Assembly (NCBI GenBank): GCA_026395055.1
Contig: JAPLZK010000003.1
Span: 35,855 to 99,854, forward strand
Length of the DNA: 64,000 nucleotides
Direction: 5' to 3'
From: Candidatus Uhrbacteria bacterium
GTDB taxonomy: Bacteria > Patescibacteriota > Patescibacteriia > UBA9934 > GWF2-40-263
Shown piece after piece: positions 40,569 through 49,570 of the stretch. Made by a program: the position numbers and the translations under genes. Under the pieces are notes generated by a model. It saw nothing but the letters and a program-made list of their open reading frames with translations, did not search any database and was not told the origin of the DNA. Every line of letters starts with the position of its first letter. Positions within the stretch are counted from its first letter, which is position 1.

Positions 40569-40960
40569 TCAGGCAACCACTCGGCAATTCGTGGCATTCA
40601 CTTTCTCGATCTCCGCCGCCAAAGTCGTATCCGCCAACCCGGCATAATGCTTCGCCGTTGTCGACACGTCCGCATGCCCGAGCATCCGCGACACGTAGAA
40701 GAGCGGCACGCCGCACTCAAGCCACCGCGCCCCACATGACCGTCGCAAACCATGAAAATCAATCTGGCGTACTTTCGCCTTCTTGCACGCGGCGACAGTG
40801 TCGCGGCGCAGGTTTCCTTTTCCGAACGTCCCTTGCGAGAACATGTAGCCGTCCGTGCCCCAGAGGCTCTTGGCCTCATCAAGAAGCTCGATCGCTCGGT
40901 CGTCGAGCGGGATTGCCCGTGCGCGAGATGACTTCGAAACCGGCACCGAGATCGCCGGAC
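40569..40960 (-). pseudogene. C-terminal fragment of a tyrosine recombinase
   Basis: SKS...R.IPL, FHGLRRS, LGHAD..TT..HY; first catalytic Arg region missing. Confidence 0.75.
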
Positions 40961-40979
40961 GACCAACCGTGCCGTGAAT

Positions 40980-41107
40980 CGGGCAAGCACATCGTCGTTG
41001 ACGAGGCCCAAGCACGAGAACTCGCCGGTGGCCATGTCGGTCCAGTGCCAGATTCGTTCCAGGGCCGCGGCGTCGATCCAGACCCGCGGGCCCGTCCTGA
41101 TTTTCAT
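40980..41107 (-). pseudogene. N-terminal fragment of a possible JAB/MPN-like gene
   Basis: GGAGA SD, MKIRTGPRVWIDAAALERIWHW.D...GEFSCLG, then an abrupt junction. Confidence 0.4.
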
Positions 41108-41219
41108 GGAGTTTCTCCAAAATGGAGCAGCCCAGCCCCTGTCGAACTTCGGCAAGGGCTGGGTGCTCAGGTTGTTGTCGTGGTGCGTGACGCGGCGACT
41201 ATTCGTCGTCCTCGTGGTC

Positions 41220-42233
41220 CGAGCCGGGGCGGCGAGCTATGAGCTCGTCCTGCGTCAACGACTAGCTCGCGGAGAACCTGTTCTGATGTCGGAACAGGCG
41301 GAACAATCATTCTCCGAATTCGCCGCTGAATGGTTTCGGACGTATGTGCAAACCAACAACAAGCCCAGCGAGCAACGCACGAAGATGCTTAATCTGAAGA
41401 ATCATCTTCTCCCGTTCTTCGGACGGCTTCCTTTGAAGAAGATCAGTTCTTCACTCGTCGAACAATACAAAGCGAAGAAACTCAGCGAGAACCTGTCACC
41501 GAAGACGGTGAACAACCATCTCGTTGTTCTCAGCAAGTGCCTTCATACCGCGAAGGATTGGGGACACGTCAACGACTGCCCGACCATCAAACATTTGAAG
41601 ACAGTATCCCAGCGACTTGATTTTCTGAGCCCGATCGAAAGCCAACAGCTCATTGAAAACGCCAGCTACCCGATGTGGCAGGAAATGGTCTTCCTGGCAC
41701 TCCGGACGGGGATGCGACTAGGTGAACTCTTCGGCCTGGAATGGCAAGACATCGATTTTCCCCGTCGACTACTCACGGTGCAACGGTCAATCGTTCAAGG
41801 AATTGTCGGAACGCCGAAGAACGGAAAGACGCGGCACATACCGCTAACAACGGACGTGTGCAGGGCGTTGTTCGAAATGCGCCAACCGGCGGGACTCGTC
41901 TTCGCGCGTCCAGATGGTTCACCTCTATCACATATCATGGCGCAGAATGCGATTCGACAGGTATGCAAACGTGCTGACGTCCGAAGGGTGTCGTGGCACA
42001 TTCTCAGGCACACGTTTGCATCGCAGCTGGCCACTCGTGGCGTTCCACTCACCGCCATCAAGGAGTTGCTTGGTCATTCATCTATCACGATGACCATGCG
42101 ATATGCGCACCTTGCGCCATCCACATTGCGCGATGCCGTTAATGTCCTTGAAAACCAAAAATCGCCCGAAAAGGAATCTCTTGGGCAACCGGTGGGCAAC
42201 GGAACCGCTTCCGTGGCAAATATGCGTGTCTAG
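41220..42233 (+). CDS. Tyrosine recombinase/integrase; native N-terminus probably truncated (internal ATG 41286)
   Basis: TGMRLGEL, PKNG, HILRHT, LLGH...MT.RYAH: complete R-K-H-R-H-Y set. Confidence 0.85.
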   Translation, partial: RAGAASYELVLRQRLARGEPVLMSEQAEQSFSEFAAEWFRTYVQTNNKPSEQRTKMLNLKNHLLPFFGRLPLKKISSSLVEQYKAKKLSENLSPKTVNNHLVVLSKCLHTAKDWGHVNDCPTIKHLKTVSQRLDFLSPIESQQLIENASYPMWQEMVFLALRTGMRLGELFGLEWQDIDFPRRLLTVQRSIVQGIVGTPKNGKTRHIPLTTDVCRALFEMRQPAGLVFARPDGSPLSHIMAQNAIRQVCKRADVRRVSWHILRHTFASQLATRGVPLTAIKELLGHSSITMTMRYAHLAPSTLRDAVNVLENQKSPEKESLGQPVGNGTASVANMRV

Positions 42234-42288
42234 TTTCTCCAGAATGTGCACATTCACTGCACTTTCTGTCTATTACATGGTCTGATTC

Positions 42289-42356
42289 ATGGCTCGGAGT
42301 CCGGGAACAAGTGACAACCGTAATTGAAAGGAGTTTATCGACCGCTAATGATGCCC
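42289..42356 (+). repeat. 68-bp direct repeat, copy 2
   Basis: Identical to 37226-37293. Confidence 0.95.
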
Positions 42357-42414
42357 GTTACGATTCTGCTTGAACACGGTACGATGGAGTCACTAATTCA
42401 CTCATGTCATTTTC

Positions 42415-43431
42415 ATGTCAGTCATCATCTATGCTCGTGTCTCAACCGAGGAACAAGCCGAAACTGATTTATCGATTCCAGCACAGATTCGAGCCATGCA
42501 GGCTTATGCAGCAGGCACGCTCAATAAACCAATCGTTCAGGAATTCCAAGATGTGGCATCTGGTCGTTCAATGAAGGGGCGATCTGGTCTCCTTGCTGCA
42601 ATAAAATTTGCGAGTTTGCGTAAGGAAGTCGATACGTTTTTGGTTCATCGGATAGATCGCTTATCACGAGACATCGCCGATTATCATGTGATAAAGGCTA
42701 CGCTTGCAAAACACGGTATTCGTCTTGTTTCCGTCGTTGAACACACGGACAATACACCGGCTGGCGAACTCATGGAGAATATTTTCGCGTCGTTTGCTCA
42801 ATTCACCAGTGCGAAGATTGGATTTGAGGTGAGAAAAAGTTTGGAAGAACGGCTGCGACGTGGTGAGTGGACGGCGCAAGCTCCCGTTGGATATTTGCTC
42901 AAACAAAAGAAGTTGGTTCCAGATCCTGCCCGAGCACGTTTTGTACGCGAGGCGTTTCGGCGTTACGCGACGGAAACAATCAGTGTGTCACAACTTGCTC
43001 GCGAACTCGCTGAAATAGGATTCGTTGGTAAGCACGGAAAACCAATCGCCATCAACCGCATTTATACGATGTTGCACAACCCAATTTACATTGGTCGATT
43101 GAAAACGTCATTCGGTGAATTCCCAGGTAAACACCAACCGCTGATTGACGAAAATGTCTTTGAAATCTGTCAGAAACGGCTCAATCATGGTCGCGGAAAA
43201 GTTGCTCCTCGCCAAGCACAACATTTTCCTCTTGCGGGACAACTAAATTGTCCAACATGTGGAAGGGTCCTCATTGGCGAACACCACATCAAGAAAAGCG
43301 GAAGGGAATATCGGTACTACCGCTGTCATAATACAAAATGTCACTATTCAATTCATGCAGACGAGGTCGAGGCAAATATGACCATCATCGGAGACATACC
43401 ACCAAAGGTTCAATCAGATGATCTGAATTGA
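42415..43431 (+). CDS. Large serine recombinase, ending shortly after the Zn ribbon
   Basis: YARVST, RIDRLSR, AP.GY, NPIYIG, HQPLI, C..CG...YRYYRC; no coiled-coil tail. Confidence 0.88.
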   Translation: MSVIIYARVSTEEQAETDLSIPAQIRAMQAYAAGTLNKPIVQEFQDVASGRSMKGRSGLLAAIKFASLRKEVDTFLVHRIDRLSRDIADYHVIKATLAKHGIRLVSVVEHTDNTPAGELMENIFASFAQFTSAKIGFEVRKSLEERLRRGEWTAQAPVGYLLKQKKLVPDPARARFVREAFRRYATETISVSQLARELAEIGFVGKHGKPIAINRIYTMLHNPIYIGRLKTSFGEFPGKHQPLIDENVFEICQKRLNHGRGKVAPRQAQHFPLAGQLNCPTCGRVLIGEHHIKKSGREYRYYRCHNTKCHYSIHADEVEANMTIIGDIPPKVQSDDLN

Positions 43432-43505
43432 TACCCCAACAGAATTCTTTCAACGCAAAAACTGCTCTGTTGAGCAGTTGCGGGATCGATATCCAGTTGA
43501 TTGTA

Positions 43506-43580
43506 TGGCTCCGAGGGTGGGGATCGAACCCACGACCATCTCGTTAACAGCGAGCCGCTCTGCCGCTGAGCTACCTCGGA
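43506..43580 (-). tRNA. tRNA-Asn(GTT)
   Basis: TCCGAGG acceptor stem, CTCGC-T-GTT-AA-CGAG anticodon arm, GTTCGATCC, encoded CCA. Confidence 0.96.
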
Positions 43581-43825
43581 ATGTGTACTTTTGATTTTAG
43601 AAATTCTTTTCCAAAACCAGACTTAAACTTTTTCTCTTGTTGTCTTGCTTCCAGTCTTGTCTCAACTTCCAGTGTATATAAGATACTCCATGGAAGATAG
43701 GCTTTTGTCGAAGTCACTTGACCAGCATTATGTTCCTTTAATCGACGTTCAAGATGTTCGCTGAAGCCGACATATATTCGACCATCGCGTTCGCTTCTTA
43801 AAGCGTAGACTGTAAACATAACCAT
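43571..43825 (-). CDS. Small GIY-YIG nuclease
   Basis: VYAL.S.....YVG....L.RRL.EHN.G...TK...PW, EA...EK..KS. Confidence 0.9.
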   Translation of the reverse strand: MVMFTVYALRSERDGRIYVGFSEHLERRLKEHNAGQVTSTKAYLPWSILYTLEVETRLEARQQEKKFKSGFGKEFLKSKVHIPR

Positions 43826-43891
43826 CTCGTTAACAGCGACCCGCTCCCTGCCTGCCGGCAGGCAGGTGCCGCTGAGCTACCTCGGAATGTG
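43821..43891 (-). pseudogene. Duplicated 5' part of tRNA-Asn interrupted by a palindrome
   Basis: Matches 43535-43585 with one mismatch plus a 20-bp insertion. Confidence 0.9.
43847..43866. repeat. 20-bp perfect palindrome, copy 2
   Basis: CCTGCCTGCCGGCAGGCAGG. Confidence 0.9.
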
Positions 43892-43901
43892 GAGCGAGGA
43901 G

Positions 43902-43929
43902 ATTATAACATGAGGATCTGAAAATGCAA
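43902..43929 (-). promoter_or_regulatory. Promoter for pseudo-tRNA / GIY-YIG / tRNA-Asn
   Basis: TTGCAT-16 nt-TATAAT with TGn extension. Confidence 0.7.
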
Positions 43930-44016
43930 GATTCCTCATTCCTTACTGTATTGAGTGAATTTGAGGTGGTGTATCGGTTTTTTCGAACTGTGTTGGAACT
44001 GCTATACTGTTCTCAT

Positions 44017-44403
44017 ATGCGTGATCCTAAACGATACATAGTTCTTTTTAAAATTGTTGGAACAGTGTTCGTTGTTGTTTTGGCAGTATTTATCCTCTTT
44101 AAACTGATTTCCACGCAAACAGCAAACAAAATCGTCCCTGTTCGTGACATGAATGGTGCGTCCATGAATAATAATGGGCAGAGAACGGTTCCTCCCCCTC
44201 AATCGCCTGGAGATTCAACGTCGCTTCTCATTCAAACTTGCCCAGAGGCTTGGTATGGAGATCAGATGCCAAAAGTGATTGGAGGATCGAGAACACAGAC
44301 AAATGAATACATGATCATGAATGGAAAGCGGGTGGAGATGAATCAAGTGGATGTGGCTTGGGTGCTTACACATTGTCAGGTAAAAAAGCAATCGGTGTTC
44401 TAA
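44017..44403 (+). CDS. Hypothetical membrane-anchored protein
   Basis: N-terminal TM; CPEAWY.DQMP and W...C motifs. Confidence 0.6.
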   Translation: MRDPKRYIVLFKIVGTVFVVVLAVFILFKLISTQTANKIVPVRDMNGASMNNNGQRTVPPPQSPGDSTSLLIQTCPEAWYGDQMPKVIGGSRTQTNEYMIMNGKRVEMNQVDVAWVLTHCQVKKQSVF

Positions 44404-44424
44404 ATACGGCTTGTGTTGTTGATT

Positions 44425-47400
44425 ATGTCTCATCGAGATAAAAAAAATGAAAAGGGCGTGTGGTTTTTTGGCGCTGTCGCTTTTTTGTTTTTTCTTCTTC
44501 CTGGTTCGTTGTATGCCAAGTCTTTAACAGGGTTTTCTTTGCGTGCCCTCGAACATCCACTTTCTCAAGAGAAAACAGAAACTGTTTCACAAAATCAAAA
44601 GACAACACCGGTACAAGCGAGTGCGGATTTATTGCCAGTCGTTCAAAATGCGGAGTCATTAAAGACATATGTTGACGGGGAAGTGCTTGTGAAATTCAAA
44701 GACTCTGTGTTGAATTTAAGGGGTGGTCATAACGGTTCTCGATCCTTTGCATTTGCCTCCTCAAGAAACTTGGAGAAAAAAGAAGACGTCCCAAATAATA
44801 ACATCTCTCTATTTTCTTCAAGAAAAAATACAAAAGGACAAAGAGAGACGGTTCAACAAATGATGAATCGATTGCAAAAAGATCCAAGTGTCGAATCTGT
44901 TCAACCAAACTTTTTGTATGAAACAAAATCTATTGCTACAGACGATACATTCAAGAATTTATTGTGGGGTCTCGATAATACGGGGCAGGTTGTTGATTCC
45001 GTAACAGGAATAGCAGATGCAGATGTGGATGCGCCAGAAGCGTGGGCGATCAACGAAGGAACAAACGCGAGTGTGATCGTTGCGATTATCGACACGGGTG
45101 TTGCATATAATCATCCGGATTTGATTGGAAGCATGTGGGACGGAACGAATTGTGTGAGTGATACGAATACGGTGCTTGGAGATTGTAATCACGGTTACGA
45201 TTTTGAAGATTCCGATAAAACCCCTCTTCCAACGTCAAATACACACGGAACACATTTGGCCGGAACCATCGCGGCCATGAAAAATAATGGGAAAGGAATT
45301 ATTGGACTCGCGCCAAATGCAAAAATCATGGCGCTTAAGGTGGATCTTACAACATCGGAAATTATTAAGGCGATCAACTTCGCTAAGTTCAATGGGGCAA
45401 AGGTGATTAACGCAAGTTGGGGTGGTCCAGATTTTGATGCAGCCATGAAAGACGCAATCGATCAGTTTCCTGGATTGTTTGTTGCGGCAGCAGCGAACAG
45501 TGCACAAAACAATGATCTCATTCATAATTATCCTTCTGATTACACTTCCACGAACATTATTTCGGTTGCGGCCACAGACCAACTCGATCATTTAGCTTCG
45601 TTTTCAAACTACGGTGCGGTTTCTATTGATGTTGGAGCACCTGGAGTTAATATTTATAGTACGGTTGCAAACTCAACGGTGCTTGATCAAACATTTGAGG
45701 GGGTTGTGTCACCAAATGTTCCGAGTGGGTGGACGACAGCCGGAGAAGGTTCGGCGAACTGGGGTGTCTTTGGAATTACATCGCCTGATACGTATGGATT
45801 CGGATCAGTTTTGTACGGGGATAAAAACGTTCCGTATCTGAATAATGCAGATTCAACCATTGCACTTCCTGCAGTAGACCTTGGAACAGCTGTTCAGGGA
45901 GCCGTTCTTGATTTTACGTCGAGTTGTGATACGGACTTTGATCCTGGGTTGTCTTCTGACTACATGCAACTTGAAGTAAGTACGGATGGAACAACATGGG
46001 TTCCGGAAGGAGACCTTGGAAAATGGAATGAAGACGATTCAACCGTAAATTACGATGAGGTTGCATTTGATGCCACAAGAACATTCATTCATTTTTCTCA
46101 GCAAATTCCAAGCGCGTTTCTCACCGCAGGATTTACGCTACGATTTCGTTGGCATACAGATGCATCTGGTGTTTCGGATGACGGATGTTCCATCAATAAT
46201 TTACAAATCTTAACATTCTCTGATGGCTCAGATGAACTGTATGGATTCATGGATGGAACTTCCATGGCGACGCCGCATGTTGCCGCTCTCGCCGCTTTGT
46301 TGGGAGGATTTAATCCTGATTTAACTTCCGCACAAATTAAGAGTGCGATTTTATCTTCTGGCGATGCGCTTCCTGCTCTGAGTGGAAAAACGGTTTCGGG
46401 AAAAAGAATCAATGCGGCGCGTGCGCTGCAATCGGTGAACCCGGCAAAAGCAATCACCGCATTTTCTTTTGCAACTCCGTCTGTTGTGGGAGAGATCAAT
46501 GAAACAGATCACACAATCGCTCTGACGGTTCCATTTGGAACGGCTGTTACAGCCCTTGTTCCAACAATTGTGACGACGGGTGCTTCTGTGAGTCCATTGA
46601 GTGGGGTTGCACAAGATTTCACATCTCCTGTCACGTATGCTGTGACCGCAGGGAATGGTTCAATCCAAAATTATGTTGTGACCGTCACAATTGAGGTGGA
46701 TCCGAATATTGTTTTGGTTGCTGCAGACAAAGCGGCGCTTCTTGAGAGTGCGATCATTGGAACAAACGAGAATGTTTCTCATATCACGACAGCGCTCACA
46801 AATCCACTTCCGTCGACAGGTCTCGTAAATGGTTCGTTTATTACCTGGGCATCGAATCACACAAGTACCATCTCGAATGATGGACAAACCATTGTAAGAC
46901 CACCGTTTGCCGATGGAGATGTAACCGTTACATTAACCGCAACGATCACAAAAGGATCCGCATCGGATACGAAGATCTTTACACTTACCGTTTTGAAATT
47001 AGCTGCGAGTCCTATATCGACCGTCACTTCGAGTGCGTACACCGTTACAACAGGAGAAACACATAGTGAAACAATATCGGCCGTTCCGTTTGCAATAACA
47101 AAAACAAATTTCCTTGCTGCACTTACAAAAGGAGAGTCACATGAGGTTTGGGATAGTACATTCGTCACAGATCCTGTTGTGACGGGGAATGTTCTTGTTG
47201 TCACAGCGCAAGATGGTGTGACACAGGACACATATACGATTACAGCTGCATTAAATCCCGCAAAAGCCATTGCCGCATTTAACTTTGCCAGTTTTTCTGT
47301 CACAGGATCCATCAACGAGACCTCGCATACGATAACAGCAACGGTTCCAGCTGGGACCACTGTCACAGCACTTGTTCCTGCGATTGTTATTACGGGCGCA

Positions 47401-48228
47401 TCCATCAGTCCTCTCAATGACGTTGCTCAAGATTTTACGAATCCTGTCACGTATACCGTGACGGCTGCCGATGCTTCCATACAGACGTATGTGGTAACTG
47501 TTCGTGTTACAGCATCGAGTGGAGGCGGAGGCAGTGGAGGAGGCGGCGGAGGTGGGGGTGGTGGATCGATTGCTCCTCCACCAACTCCGGTGGTAACAAC
47601 GGTCCCTGCAAAATCAACCACATTAACGAGTCCTGTCTCGATTGTCTCTGCGTCAACAGATGCGGATACACTTGCGGGAATCAAAAAAGATTCGGAAGGA
47701 CATCGCGATGCGCCGTCAACGGCCGAGGTTGGATCTTCGCCATTCAGTCAGGTCGTTGAGCCGATTTCAAACGTGCAAACAGGTTGGCTTGTCCGTGCAA
47801 AGGGAAGTAATAGTGTGTATTACGTGGGAGCAGACGGGAAGCGTCATGTTTTTTGGAACACGCAATCGTATTTTTCTTGGTCAGACTCTTGGAATGATGT
47901 TGTGTGGATTACAGACGCAACACTCCCAACCCTCGCGTTCGGTGCGCCTATTTTGCCAAAGCAAGGAGTCGTTCTTGTAAAAATCGCGAGTGATCCAAAT
48001 GTGTACAAGGTGGAAAGTGATTTGGTGACGGGTGCACCGTATTTGAGAAAAATTACTTCCGAAGCAATTGCTATCCAAATGTATGGCGCACATTGGGCTG
48101 ATTATGTGATCGACCTTGAGCCAACATTGTTTACGCATTATGCACACGGAAAAGATGTTGTGACGGCGGAAGTGGTTGATACAAGCATTATGAAAACGCG
48201 GGCGCAAATCGCCGCATTGAGTCTGTAA
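44425..48228 (+). CDS. Secreted S8 subtilisin-like protease with inserted domain, Ig-like repeats and C-terminal surface domain
   Basis: DTG, HGT, GTSMATPHV triad; two AKAI.AF.F...QDFT.PVTY.VTA repeats; poly-Gly/Pro linker. Confidence 0.92.
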   Translation: MSHRDKKNEKGVWFFGAVAFLFFLLPGSLYAKSLTGFSLRALEHPLSQEKTETVSQNQKTTPVQASADLLPVVQNAESLKTYVDGEVLVKFKDSVLNLRGGHNGSRSFAFASSRNLEKKEDVPNNNISLFSSRKNTKGQRETVQQMMNRLQKDPSVESVQPNFLYETKSIATDDTFKNLLWGLDNTGQVVDSVTGIADADVDAPEAWAINEGTNASVIVAIIDTGVAYNHPDLIGSMWDGTNCVSDTNTVLGDCNHGYDFEDSDKTPLPTSNTHGTHLAGTIAAMKNNGKGIIGLAPNAKIMALKVDLTTSEIIKAINFAKFNGAKVINASWGGPDFDAAMKDAIDQFPGLFVAAAANSAQNNDLIHNYPSDYTSTNIISVAATDQLDHLASFSNYGAVSIDVGAPGVNIYSTVANSTVLDQTFEGVVSPNVPSGWTTAGEGSANWGVFGITSPDTYGFGSVLYGDKNVPYLNNADSTIALPAVDLGTAVQGAVLDFTSSCDTDFDPGLSSDYMQLEVSTDGTTWVPEGDLGKWNEDDSTVNYDEVAFDATRTFIHFSQQIPSAFLTAGFTLRFRWHTDASGVSDDGCSINNLQILTFSDGSDELYGFMDGTSMATPHVAALAALLGGFNPDLTSAQIKSAILSSGDALPALSGKTVSGKRINAARALQSVNPAKAITAFSFATPSVVGEINETDHTIALTVPFGTAVTALVPTIVTTGASVSPLSGVAQDFTSPVTYAVTAGNGSIQNYVVTVTIEVDPNIVLVAADKAALLESAIIGTNENVSHITTALTNPLPSTGLVNGSFITWASNHTSTISNDGQTIVRPPFADGDVTVTLTATITKGSASDTKIFTLTVLKLAASPISTVTSSAYTVTTGETHSETISAVPFAITKTNFLAALTKGESHEVWDSTFVTDPVVTGNVLVVTAQDGVTQDTYTITAALNPAKAIAAFNFASFSVTGSINETSHTITATVPAGTTVTALVPAIVITGASISPLNDVAQDFTNPVTYTVTAADASIQTYVVTVRVTASSGGGGSGGGGGGGGGGSIAPPPTPVVTTVPAKSTTLTSPVSIVSASTDADTLAGIKKDSEGHRDAPSTAEVGSSPFSQVVEPISNVQTGWLVRAKGSNSVYYVGADGKRHVFWNTQSYFSWSDSWNDVVWITDATLPTLAFGAPILPKQGVVLVKIASDPNVYKVESDLVTGAPYLRKITSEAIAIQMYGAHWADYVIDLEPTLFTHYAHGKDVVTAEVVDTSIMKTRAQIAALSL

Positions 48229-48251
48229 CAACAGGATCGCGTCTTTTGTTT

Positions 48252-48995
48252 ATGAACGTCATCACGAAAAGAATAGTAAGTGGCGGCACGATTCAATATA
48301 CAGGTTCATTGGATAAGAAAAATATCCTGCTGATTTTAGGTCGCAATAATTTTTTGAAAGATGAAGAGCTTATTCGCTCATTGGTAGACGCACTCACGTC
48401 CGAGAAGATGACGATTGTGTGTTATGAGCATGTGGGTGTCACAACGGCAAAGCGAATCAATCTTGCGTGTGATCAGTTCCTGTCGCGACACAAATGGATT
48501 CCCATTGCTTCGAGAAATTTTTTGAAGATGTGTCTCTTGGTAAAATATCCAAAAGTTTGGCATTATTTTTATCTTGCAAAGATGGATAGCCCAAAGCTTG
48601 TTGTATTTCAGGTAAAGCAATTGCGGAAGTATCTGTCTACAGTTGATGCATCGAAAAATGTTTTTCTTCTTTCTCGATCCGCAAGTGGTCGGGCAGCCGC
48701 ACTTGTAGCAGAGGAACCGGTTGTAAAGAAAATTATTTGTCTTGGCTACCCGTTCAAGCATCTAACCGCATCCGATGAGCAAGAGCGTGTGCGTCCACTT
48801 GCAACAATATCGAAACCTTACTTGATTGTTCAAGGAACGCAGGATGTTTATGGTGGCCGAGAAGTGCTTGATCGATATACGTTCTCGCCAAACGTCTCAT
48901 TCTCGTTTGTTGATGCGGATCATGATTTTCTTGTTTCGAAGGTGGAGTGGGAACGGGTTATGATGGAAGTGAGGGATTTCATCGCGATCTCGTAA
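48252..48995 (+). CDS. Alpha/beta hydrolase-like protein
   Basis: SRSASGR, CLGYPF, VQGTQD.YG, DADH. Confidence 0.75.
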   Translation: MNVITKRIVSGGTIQYTGSLDKKNILLILGRNNFLKDEELIRSLVDALTSEKMTIVCYEHVGVTTAKRINLACDQFLSRHKWIPIASRNFLKMCLLVKYPKVWHYFYLAKMDSPKLVVFQVKQLRKYLSTVDASKNVFLLSRSASGRAAALVAEEPVVKKIICLGYPFKHLTASDEQERVRPLATISKPYLIVQGTQDVYGGREVLDRYTFSPNVSFSFVDADHDFLVSKVEWERVMMEVRDFIAIS

Positions 48996-49010
48996 AAGAA
49001 AAACACTCGA

Positions 49011-49442
49011 TTAACGAGTGTTTTTCTTTTTTGCAGCCTTCTTTCCGCACGGCGGACATAAGCAGCCTTTTGGTTTGATAAATGCATTGAAGTATTCTTT
49101 GCCGTAATCGTAAAGAATTTCTTCTCCTGGTTTGATGTTTTTTGTGGAATAAAGAAAGACGCGATTTCCCGTAATACGCACCTCTGTATTTCCTCGACAG
49201 CTGTGATTTGCGTAGCGTGCGATGTTTAATCGTGTGGTTCCGACGATCGTGTTTCCGTTTTCGAGTTCGAATAAGTATCGCCCCTGAATTTTTTCTGCTT
49301 CTTCATCTGTGACGAGCTTGCCCCAGTATTCGATAATGAATTTGTTCTTTGGAATTTCATTGACAGCAAAAAGCCCGTGCCCAGTTGGGCTTTTCTTTAC
49401 GCGTGTCAGATATTTTTGTGGTCGAGGGAAAGGATATGCCAT
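49011..49442 (-). CDS. SET-domain lysine methyltransferase
   Basis: GHGLFA, IIEY.G, RYANHSC, IKPGEEI.YDY, post-SET CLC..C. Confidence 0.92.
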   Translation of the reverse strand: MAYPFPRPQKYLTRVKKSPTGHGLFAVNEIPKNKFIIEYWGKLVTDEEAEKIQGRYLFELENGNTIVGTTRLNIARYANHSCRGNTEVRITGNRVFLYSTKNIKPGEEILYDYGKEYFNAFIKPKGCLCPPCGKKAAKKKNTR

Positions 49443-49570
49443 AAAGAGATCTAAATAGTAGCATAGTTCGTTGTTTCGTCACATCTCGAATGGTGTTGGA
49501 TATCCATGGTTTGTTGATTGCTGTTATACTATCTCTATTCATCTCGATACTTCTCGAGTTAACACACATT

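Larger units (their letters stand above)
37222..43511. mobile_element. Composite genomic island at the tRNA-Asn 3' end
   Basis: TTGTATGGCTC at 37222-37232 and 43501-43511; internal 68-bp direct repeat; serine and tyrosine recombinase genes; visibly higher GC in the left part. Confidence 0.8.

Noticed and set aside
40980-41107. CBASS or ubiquitin-like system
   Set aside because: Only a ~40-codon JAB-like fragment; no E1, E2 or cyclase in the window
37226-42356. Integron with gene cassettes
   Set aside because: The integrase shows no IntI-specific insertion and no attC-like repeats separate the cargo genes
43506-43891. tRNA intron encoding a homing endonuclease
   Set aside because: The downstream tRNA is complete and the upstream piece duplicates its 5' part; no group I intron core is visible
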